A program made the translations under genes and the position numbers. 64,000 nucleotides of DNA. Origin: Pocillopora damicornis. Taxonomy: Eukaryota. Numbering within the stretch: the stretch's first letter is position 1; every line of letters starts with the position of its first letter. Positions 20,913-31,400 of this stretch are shown in pieces. The notes under the pieces are model-generated. The model did not search any database. It was not told the origin of the DNA and saw only the letters and a program-made list of their open reading frames with translations. The stretch covers positions 1-64,000 of the forward strand of contig NW_020844479.1 in assembly GCF_003704095.1 (NCBI RefSeq), read 5' to 3'.

Positions 20913-22670
20913 ATGCAATTCTCTTCTCTTTCGAACGGTAAAGAATCCTCTTTAAGCTCAAAAGATGCTTCTGCCCCAGTTACTCTCGATGTTTCTATCA
21001 CTACGGCTGTGATTCTGGCCACTCTTTCCTCCTTTCTGTTCTTCTTGGCTTGCATTATAGTTTTCATATATTTCAAATGGCGTCTATGTCGACACGTTGT
21101 GGAAACTCGTATCGGACTTGTGGTCTTTTTCCTCGGAGCGTTACTCACCCTCATTACAACCCTCAGCTCCTATGAAGAACAAGAAATTTATGCAGTGTAT
21201 CGCTTGACTCTCTTGGCCTCATGCGGAATTGGAGTGTTGATGATAGGTTGTGCAATGCTTTTCGAGAATCCTTCCCCTGACAGGCCGCTGGATGACTACG
21301 GCTACGAAAGACTCTCTGTTGGTTATATGCACGGTAGCTTGGGAATGATCATCTGGGTCATAACGATACCCCTCAGCATACTAGAGCTCTTCTTCGCCAT
21401 TGGAGCTGCTCGGAAAGCACCCAACACAATGTATGCTGCTGTGAGGTACACAGCTCTGGCGCAAAAGATTGTCCAAGCAAGCGTGTACTACTTTAGTCTG
21501 CGACACAAGGTTGCTAGAGGAGATATGCGCATGGCGTGTTCGTGGCTTTTCAAGATAATCTCCGTCTTTAATTTTGCTTTTTTTATCGACTCACTAGTAA
21601 CGTCAAATTCTGATAACGACTTTGTCCTAAGTCTGTTTGGCAATGGGTTCTCCATCGTGAAATCTGCATATAATGCCTTACTCATTGATTACAGACTGCT
21701 GTGCTGTTTGTTGTTTTTGGAGCATTCTTTGGAGTTGATGGATGTGCGCATAAACCGACCCATTGGAGATATATTATTTAACCCTGAAGCTAGTGAGGCA
21801 ATGATGCAAGATTCTTTGGCCTCTGCGGTTGTTAATGTGGAAATCTCGCATTCCTCTGGCTATGGATATGTCATTGGCCTCATTCTGGTTGCCATGCAAC
21901 TGGTAACTGGACTACAGTATCTTGGATTTGTGGGAGAGTGGACAAACATGTTCCCCATTCTAGCTTGTGGTGTTGTAATAATTTTTGGTCTCTTGCTACT
22001 CTCTGGAGACACAAGTTTCCCTGAAAACAACAGAGAGAGGAAATGGCGTGAGACTGAATCTAAGGCTATTGATATCATGGTGTGCTTTATGGGAACCATT
22101 GGCTTTATCTTCTGGTTCATGAAAGCTTCCTACTGTGGTCTTTGGGCCTCACAATACTCATCAACAACTGACATTGAGTTTTATCAGTATCTCTCTTGGA
22201 CAACAATAAAAAACTTTGCTTATGCAATTGTAATCATCTTTCAGCTTTACTTCTTTGTTAAAATGGGTCCACATTTTGGGTGTGACCGTGAAAGCAGTCG
22301 TCAGAGGGCAAAACACTTTTACGTCACAACTATCATGATGGCTCTGTTTGCACTGCTCATATCACTTGTCATTGATGAATTCAATGGCCGAGTAGAAAAG
22401 CTTCTTGCTGAAGCACACATCAGCAGCACCATGTCAATATTTTTCCAGGCAGCAGCCCCCATACATCTTGGCTTTAGCTTGCACATGTTTCTGCATTTCT
22501 TCATTATGAGCAGAAGATTGTCTCAGTTTCAGTACAACTGGCAATATAACCAGGCAGAAGAACATCAACATAGTCAACAGTCCTCATCAGGGAACACTGG
22601 TGGTAACAGTACATCATCAAATGCTGAAACAGGGGATGAAAGACAGCCACTGATTTCCCACCCAACGTGA
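20913..22670 (+). CDS. Intronless 585-aa multipass membrane protein, divergent otopetrin-like (proton channel family)
   Basis: About 13 hydrophobic segments forming two halves. Otopetrin-like motifs: KIVQASVY, VFNFAFF, LIDYRLLC (cf. IEYSLIC), SGYGYVIG, IDIMVCFMGTIG, IFQLYFF, PIHLGFSLH (cf. PLxIFYRFH). The ORF is certain; the family call rests on motif recognition. Confidence 0.75.
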   Translation: MQFSSLSNGKESSLSSKDASAPVTLDVSITTAVILATLSSFLFFLACIIVFIYFKWRLCRHVVETRIGLVVFFLGALLTLITTLSSYEEQEIYAVYRLTLLASCGIGVLMIGCAMLFENPSPDRPLDDYGYERLSVGYMHGSLGMIIWVITIPLSILELFFAIGAARKAPNTMYAAVRYTALAQKIVQASVYYFSLRHKVARGDMRMACSWLFKIISVFNFAFFIDSLVTSNSDNDFVLSLFGNGFSIVKSAYNALLIDYRLLCCLLFLEHSLELMDVRINRPIGDILFNPEASEAMMQDSLASAVVNVEISHSSGYGYVIGLILVAMQLVTGLQYLGFVGEWTNMFPILACGVVIIFGLLLLSGDTSFPENNRERKWRETESKAIDIMVCFMGTIGFIFWFMKASYCGLWASQYSSTTDIEFYQYLSWTTIKNFAYAIVIIFQLYFFVKMGPHFGCDRESSRQRAKHFYVTTIMMALFALLISLVIDEFNGRVEKLLAEAHISSTMSIFFQAAAPIHLGFSLHMFLHFFIMSRRLSQFQYNWQYNQAEEHQHSQQSSSGNTGGNSTSSNAETGDERQPLISHPT

Positions 22671-23407
22671 TCTATATCACTAAGATGATTAACAAATATA
22701 TTACATGACTTGCCATGCTGCGGTTCTGTAATAGATATTAATGATGTCAAATGGGGTAAGAACAAAAAGGTAGGACACAATGAGCAGTGGAGAGTGTCAC
22801 TGATGCTCTTTTTTATATTTTTACGTCTTCTGTGATATTTTATTGTACAGACACAGCTAAATGGAATCTATTTGTTTTCTAGCATAACAAAGCAAAATGT
22901 TATTAACAGTGATGTTGTTTATGCATCTGTTCTCCAGTAGATTGTAAGTAAGATCAAAGCAAAATGCATCTTTAATTCAGCTAATCATATAATTTACAAT
23001 AAAATGCATACCTTAAGATTTCAATGTTCTATTTCACCCAAGTTTTCAAGAACTTGAAGTAAATTGTTTGTACTGTGACCTGATTCATCTTGCAAACAAG
23101 AGAAGACCTTGTTGATACCTTGAAAAGACTTAGTAGATCAGATTTTGTTTTTATTAAAAATGACATTATTTTGCATGCTTTTATTTAACCAAGCTGTTGA
23201 GTTTTCACTGAAAGTAAACTTTAAAGGTCAAGTGAGTAATGTAAGATCACAAAGGTTTGAAATTATTACAGTGATCTTCAAATGATACATTGATTGGCAT
23301 AATGTAATGTTCTATGTACGCCATTAGGACCTACATTATTTAAGCAAGAAAAGGATTATGGGACATGAGAATGAACTGGCCATGTTGTTGTTAAAAGTGT
23401 GCATTGA

Positions 23408-23615
23408 TTAACCCTTTAACTCCCAAGATCTGATTGTTAATTCTCCCCTTTGGCTGCTACCACTTCCTTGTAAAGTAGTTATGAGAATTTGGTGTTAGAT
23501 CAAGATGAAAACTTCATGATAAGTTTGAGTATTCTCATTACCTGTTTGCTGGATAATGTATGGATATTAAAGGGAGAAGTTGCATGTTAATCACTTCTGG
23601 GAGTTCAAGGGTTAA
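23408..23615 (+). mobile_element. piggyBac-like MITE with intact TTAA at both ends
   Basis: TTAACCCTTTAACTCCCAAGATC...CTGGGAGTTCAAGGGTTAA. Confidence 0.8.
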
Positions 23616-25457
23616 GAGACAATCCTACTGTTGTCATACGTCAAACATTATTTCCTGTGATCTATTACTGTACAGACCCACTGCAATTTGGGATCTTTTT
23701 GTTTTAAATGATGAAAAAGCAAAATGCTGTTAATGGTGATATCATTTTTGTGTCTGTCCTCCATTAGTTCATAAGTAAGAACCAATCAAGTTATGTACGT
23801 AATTCAGCTTATCATACTTGGTGTCTTTAATCTCAGTGGCAGATGAAAACAGTACATAAATGTTCTAGCATTTGAAACATTGTTTTGAACATTGAAATAT
23901 TCAGATACACTTCATAAGATAGAAGATCCCTCATTGATTTGTGAATTACAGTCAGCCTTGAATGAAGATCAATGTGCACAGAGAGAATTTTAGTTGTCAT
24001 CAATTTGTTTGTGTTTTGGACAAATTTGATAAAGATTTGCTGCACATTGATTTTTGTTATTAAAAGAAAATCAAATTATAGAGAACGGTGTGATTAATTT
24101 TTTTCATTGTTGTGTACATTTTATTTCTTCCAGTGCAAAGAAGTATGAATAGATGCACTGTGATAAATAAAAATCTATTTTTGACTTCTGCTTGGTTGAT
24201 GTGTACTATAGGCATCATTTTCCCTGGGTTACTGTACAGTTCTATTTCTATGAAATTGTTTGTACAATTTGTTAAAAGGGGGTTCAGGCGGAAGGCAGTT
24301 GCCAGTAGGGAGTGGGGTAGCTCTGAGGGCATCCTCCCTCTGAAAATGTTTTTGAGTCTACAGGAAACATTTGAATTCTTTGAAGTTGGCTATCTCAGTG
24401 CATGGGGTTCGAGTGCCTCCCCCAGCCGCCCATCCTCTTAGATAACAAAAAATCGGATAAGCTACCTAACTATGAACAAGCAGTGCTAATTTATGAGTAT
24501 GTGTTCTTTGTGATGTTTTATTTTTTTGTGTGTTGGAGTTCAAGTGTGGATTGCTCTCTACAAGTCTCCCCTAGGAGAGAAGTTCCAACATACTTGGATC
24601 AAAGCGAGATAAAAGTAAGCGATGCGAGTGCCGCGCAAGGGCCTGGGCGAAAGTGTACTCAACTGGAACACGGCATCGTGAAATAGGCGTTGACGCTTCA
24701 ATTGGGTGGGGACGCTTGAGGTGGATGGTGACGTCTAAAAAGCCTGTCGACGTCAAAAAAGAGTAGCTGCGCCTATATCTGGTGGCTACATCCTAAACTG
24801 GCTGTGACTTCTGACATAAGCGGTAGCGCGGCAGCGACGCGTACGTAACGCAGCATGGACGCTACCTCTAATTTGGGTCAAGTCGCCTTAGATTTACCCT
24901 TTCGTCTCACATGCTATTGGAAGATGATGCACTACCCTGATTGCAGAATTCTCTATTCATTTAAATCTTCGTTCAGTGCACGAAAAAAAAGGAGTTAAGA
25001 GCAAAACAACGAAAGCGAGCTCTAAGGGGTGGAGGAGGCCCCGGCCTCGGCCTGGCGCGCGCGCGCGCGCTTCGCTCGCAGAAAGATGAATAAATTGCAC
25101 AGAGAAGCTAACGTTACTACAGATGAGAAGTGATGTCTAGTTCATCTAGCTGTGCCCAGACAATTAAGCACAAATTTTCGTAGTTTGCGACGAACCAGGA
25201 AAAGATACTTCTATTACTGGTCTCAAGGAAGGCTGAAAGCAGGGCGGAGAGAGGTTGGCCCAACCTCGCTCTCGGCACTGCTGAAACAGGGTTGGGCGTG
25301 GTAGCGCGCGCAAATTTTCTTTCACGTAATGCTAACGTAAGTTACACGTCACAAAGAGAGATCACGCGTCAGAAATTGAAAACGGCAAAAAAATTTTGCA
25401 GAGTTAGCTGGCAGGAAAGACGTTCAGACTTGCAAACAGAACAGTTAAAAAACTACG

Positions 25458-28400
25458 ATGGCGAGTTGTAAGAAGAAATACTCTGAGCGTAAGTCAATGA
25501 AACGATTCTATGATCTTAAACAAAAGCAAGTGACCGGCTGGCTGGAAATTTCTAGGTTATTTTCATGGCAAATCGTGTGGGAATATTTGCGCGCTGAACC
25601 TAAGAGTAAAAATGAAAAAATTACATACAACCAAACGTTTCGATAGTTGATACCAAAACTGTCATCTAGGGCGAATCATATGCTGGCTCCACGGCAATAA
25701 TAAACTTCACGGCAATAAGCTCCTCAGCAATAGGCTCCACAGTAGTATGACATTATCTTACTCATTCCTCCTCAATTATCTTACAACAAAGACGGTCAAC
25801 GATCATTTTAGTACTGGAAAACGTGTTTAATACATTTCATTACCATAACAGATTCTTTATTTTAAATGATTTTTTTAGTATTTGGGGACACTTCGTTAAC
25901 CATTTTTATCGCATTAGAGCAATTTTCAATCATCATATTGAGCGTCGAAAGTAATCCGAGATTGTTTGGGTTTTGCTTTACTTCGCTCTGTGATTGGTTC
26001 TGAAAACTCGCGCCATTATCTCGGCCAATCATGTGCGAAACTAAAACCTCGGTCGCCCGGCACGTTTTCCCGTGCTGTAAGCGCTTGGTCTTTTTTTAAC
26101 TTGAGTTCTCATTGGCTCTCGAGGGTATATTCCTTTGTTCTGATTCGCCGATGTGATTACATTGGTTTTGGTTTTACGACACTGAATCAAAAATTACTTT
26201 ACTTTCTAACGTATTGTATTTGTTTTAGTTCGCACAAACCGCAAGGAAAAGTTATCCTCTCCCAAGAAAGAATTGTCTTCTAATGACAGCGATGTGCCTT
26301 TGTCTAACAACAATTTAATATCAAAATGTAATGATCTTGAACAGGCAAACAAGGTAGGTCTAAACACAAGCTATATGCTTACAGTTTCTCGCAAAAATTT
26401 AATCAACCTTTGCACAGGTATTTTTTCTTACAGCCCAGTAGCTTTACAGGGGTAGCTTTACGGAATCAGATCAGTATAGTTGGCGTTGCCCGAAATTTCT
26501 GGAAAATAGCGTAATTGGATAAGCATTCAGGCCTTCACCTTGGAATTAAGGAGGGTGTGAAGAAATGAATGTCATCGCAACTTCTTTTTCTTGACCTTGA
26601 ATGTTTTCAAATCAGAGAACCCATATAAGTAAATTTCACACATCTATACCTTTTTTTCATTAGGATTTGAGGGATCTTATCGAGTCCAAGAAAAGCTCGA
26701 TTCATACGGCACTGACTACAATTCAGTAAGTCGCCTATTGAATTTATACGGCTGAAAAGTTTATCAATTCTACTAGAAGTGGAAGGGTAACTAGAGTTAA
26801 AATTCATAAAAATTAGCTTGCATATGACACAACCAGCGAGCGTACCCTCACTATTAGAGCTGTAGGAATTTAGGACGCGCGTTTCTCCGCCCGCGGGGAG
26901 AATGGAGACTACTCAGAGAGGTTTGTCGGAGGTCTGACACTAATAATGCTGGGCAGACCTCTTGCTGGCTCGTGTGGTTCAACGCTTTATCCTTCCCGTG
27001 GGGCAAGAAACGCTTGTCCTGAAGCGCTATACTAATGAAGGCTCACTCGCACGCACGCACGCTACGCGAGACAGAGAATACATGCAAAAGGGAAAGCTTA
27101 AAAAGTTACCAAAGAGAAAACTAAGAATCAATCATTTTAAAAGCATTAGCATATTGTTTTAGCTACAGCTTGGAGCTACTGTAGTAGTCAGTAGTCTAAG
27201 TGTGTCAGGATTCCAAAGTCCTTTGAATTTGCTGGTTAAGTTTCCTTTAACAATTGCTCCGGCACATCTTCGGTAAAAAACAAACCCCGTTTTTTTCACA
27301 AGTGACGTAGATCGAAAAAAACAAAAAAGGCCGAAACAATAGAGATCAGGAAAAAAAAGACAACTGCAACAAAGAAAAAACTCACAGGTTCTTTCATCGA
27401 GGTAAACCTGTTACTCTTTATGTAAATATGCACCTATTCAGTGTTCTCGAGTGAGAGAAGGGGTCAGCCGAACACATGCTACTGATCTATAATATTACTT
27501 AGTGCACTTGAATAACTGGACATAAATTAGTTAACATCCTTCTCTTGCACAACTAAATTTTTCCATTTAAATTCCCATGCAGAGATGTTCAACTGACTGT
27601 GAAAGAGGCGCGTAAAAGACTTGAGACGGAGACCGGTGCCATGAAGGTGAAAATGTAAACTTATTGTAAGAAATAACATTTAATGAAGTTTTCTCCTCAG
27701 TTTAGATTAAAAAACTTAAGTTACCAGTGGTCTTACGAGCCAGGCGGATCGTTAGGTTTAATGAAACTGTTTTTCACCAAACACTTTTTATTTTTTAACA
27801 GATTGAATTGGTTAAATTGCGGGCGGAGCATGTGCAGAATTACAAGCAAGTATCTAGTTCCAGATCATTAAAGGGTCGATCTCGGTGTTGTATTTAGTGT
27901 TACCCTACAAGAGTATTATGAGATATGATTTGCCCCTGAGGTGGCTCCATCTACTAACTTACTGAAAACACTTCGTATTGACGAAGTGTTCAAAGATTTT
28001 TGTAAATTGCAGACGGTTAAAACAAGGCTTTCCATGGATGAAATTTTAAATAAGCACGTAAAAGTCTTTATGATCATAACGCATCAGTATTTGAAAGATG
28101 AAAACTTCAGCGACGTGCGTAGAGATTCGAGATGACGTAAGTTACCGTTTGGGCAGTGCAGTGGACTGGTACTAGCTCACAAAGTGACTCACCTCTACTT
28201 TCCTCAACGATATTTGTGTTCGCCTCGGAAAATGATGCCACATATTTTTACGATGTGCATGAAAGGATGGCTGTTTTTATTGAAAGGTCTTGCGAGAGTG
28301 AGAGAAGAGACCTAGACATATTTTTCTGGATTATTCTTGAGTATTTGCCGAAATACTGTTTTCCATCGTACCCGGTATCACATATACTCATATACAGTAA

Positions 28401-31400
28401 AAGTAATGGGCTCTTAATAAAACGGTAACACCAAATTATTTGTTTGTTTATGCCTTTTTCCGAATATTTTTCTCTTTATTTTTTGTTCAGACAATGTAAT
28501 GTAAGCAGGATTCAAGAAGAGAAATATTATATCAATGCTGTGAGTAAACGGTGGTTTAGTTTTTTAAATTAAAAAAAACAATTCATTGCGTCAAGTCTAC
28601 TTCTTTATTCTAACTTCTTTGTTTTCCTGGGTTTTTCCCCCTATTTTAGGCGAACGTAGACAAGATAAAAAAGTTGCGAAGGTGAGTACGTAGTTTTGCA
28701 GCTGTCTTTCTCTCTTCGGTATTTTCTTTAACAAGTGCAATTAATCGGTTTTCTTTACTGTGGGGCTTCTCTTACTTCAAGGGAGCAGCCGACATCTTTG
28801 GTGCTAACGCGCATTTCGTTAAAAATTTAACTAACCAAAGGGACTGGGCATTATTTATTACCCTGTGTGAGGGGGAGGGGTAGGGGGTGGGGGATTTTAG
28901 GGTGTGTGACAATGAAATTTTATCTGATCCCCCTAAGGCTCTGTAGTTTTCTAATGATCCCCCTCATTGGCAGTCAATTTTCTATAGACCCCCTATATAC
29001 CCTGTTGTAAAGAGGGGTCCCCCTCCGTTCCCCGACCGTTCCCCTTTTCTTAAGATGCGTAGCAACTTTTGGCATTGCAAATCATTTTGCAACATTTACT
29101 TTAAGTGCTATGCGAACAAAAAGAAATGAAAATCGCGATGGAGAAGTTTAATTGTTCGTNNNNNNNNNNNNNNNNNNNNNNNNNNNNNNNNNNNNNNNNN
29201 NNNNNNNNNNNNNNNNNNNNNNNNNNNNNNNNNNNNNNNNNNNNNNNNNNNNNNNNNNNTTATGTACGGTTTTTCTGGCTTCGATGTTCATCAATACAAG
29301 CACAAATAAGAGCTAGTGATTAAAGCTTTTGGTTGAAATCGGCCGCCGTTTATGTTATTTTTTCTGTTCTTCTATCCGCAGGAAAAGAATCAGTTAAAGG
29401 AAGACCTAGAGAGGTTTGCGACTAGTTTGTTAATTCTTCTAAACTTTTCAGTACGACAAACTATGATAAGCCTCTGCACTTATTACCGTGGTTGAAAAAG
29501 CCAGTCAATCGTTTTTCATTAACCGACTACGATGAAATCTTGCCTCACAAATATTCCTCCAACGTCGTCACAGCCTCGTTTTTGTACCGAACGAAAACTC
29601 CATCCTTACAGCCAGAGATCACTCCCCGTGTTCCATGGTCGATATCTTGGCTTAGTCGTAATGAATGTGGGAAAACCAGAACTTATATTTGAGTGCGTAG
29701 CTGTCCACAAGTTGTTGTCAAAGGCGACTAACCATCGCGTTTTCATTTACAGCGAGATTGCACAACTAACAAGGGAACTTGAAGAAAAGGAGGTGAGCAA
29801 GTTTACACTATATTTAATCATTTAAATCTATTAGCACTCTATTACAAATGCCACAATCTGATTGGCTACACTACTCGCTATCCATTCTGGGATACACAGA
29901 GAGTAGAGTAAGGAATCAAACAGTTTGCTGTAGTAAACAAAATAAAATAACAACATAAGTCTCTCCTGTTGCTAAGTTTTGAACGAATATTAGATTGTTT
30001 GCTGACGATTTCAACACGTGATTATTGATTCGGACTTCGCCTTCATCAACTAAAGAAACCGAAGAAAAGCCGAAATCTACCGAAGAGAAATCGAATACAA
30101 ACCGAAGAGAAAACATATAGCCTTCTGAATACTTTTTTCTCCGCTGACTGCTAGGGCAACCTTGCTAAATCAGCGAAATTCTTCCAAGCCTTTTCATTAT
30201 CTCCTTACTGTTTCTTAGGAAGCAATCCCTAACAGTTTCGAAACTGAACAGAAATTTAAGGTATGAATGCACTATTATGGCAGAGGTCGCATACTGCTTT
30301 TTGTTGTCGGTTTTGATACATGATACATGTCCTACATTCTTTAAGCTCAAGTTTACAGCCATAATAATAACAGATAACGGGAGATAAAGTTTTTTTAGTT
30401 AGCTTTTTACCTGTCATTAAACATAACTGACTTGGGACTGACCTGTAGAAAGGTTGTATGAAAAGATGAAATAATTACAAAAGCATCATACTGGAAACGT
30501 TCGCGACTCGTACACAATTAGCAAGAAGCCTGGAAGGAATGTGTGCACCGATTGCCTCAAAGGTTAGCTTCCCAAGAGATTAAAAAAAAGTTTGCCCAAA
30601 TTTTTCATCAAAAACACAATGTTCACTCAGAAAAATATATAAACAATAAAGGTATGTATAATCTGAAAGTCCTCTTCAGTATGGGGCTATTGTAAAGGTC
30701 TATCTCTAACACGTAACACGTAACACGTATCTTTTTTTTCTTTTTATCAGATGAAGAAAACTGAGACATACAGGTAAACATAATCAGGCTCTACAGAGAT
30801 GTGATTTCAAATTCTAGATTCAGGTCTTCTAAATTGTTAAATCAATGCAGTCCTAAACGAACGAATAACTACCTTGACGGCTTCTTTGTCGTCTCTGGGG
30901 AACAGCTACATTTAATGTGGCCGGCTTACTTTTTTAATTCTCCACAGAACAATGAAAGAGCTTTTCGAAAGAGAGAAAGAAATAGCACGAAAGGTAAGTG
31001 AAATTCTCATCTTCAAACAGGCCACGATGTATCACGTTATTTCGTTTCAAAGAGTTATCAGTTATGTAAATATACGGGAAATATTACGCTCGACTTTTGG
31101 AGAACACTGCCTTATTTGTGACTTTAGGAGAACGCTACCTAATTTGTTTCTGTGACCTCTTGGGTATCCTGTGTAACCATAGCGAAAGCTCCACGAATTT
31201 TTCCCAATGGATCATCTACCATTTCGGCGCCATCTTGAATGACGTGATGCTCATGTTACATTGCGCACTTCTTGGACTAAACCTAAATAATTTTTGATAA
31301 GAGACTAAACTGCAATAATTAAAGCAATTCTCGGGTACAAATAATTGCATAAGGAGCTTGAGCCTCTCTTGACAAAATAGCAGACAGGTAAAACCACGCC

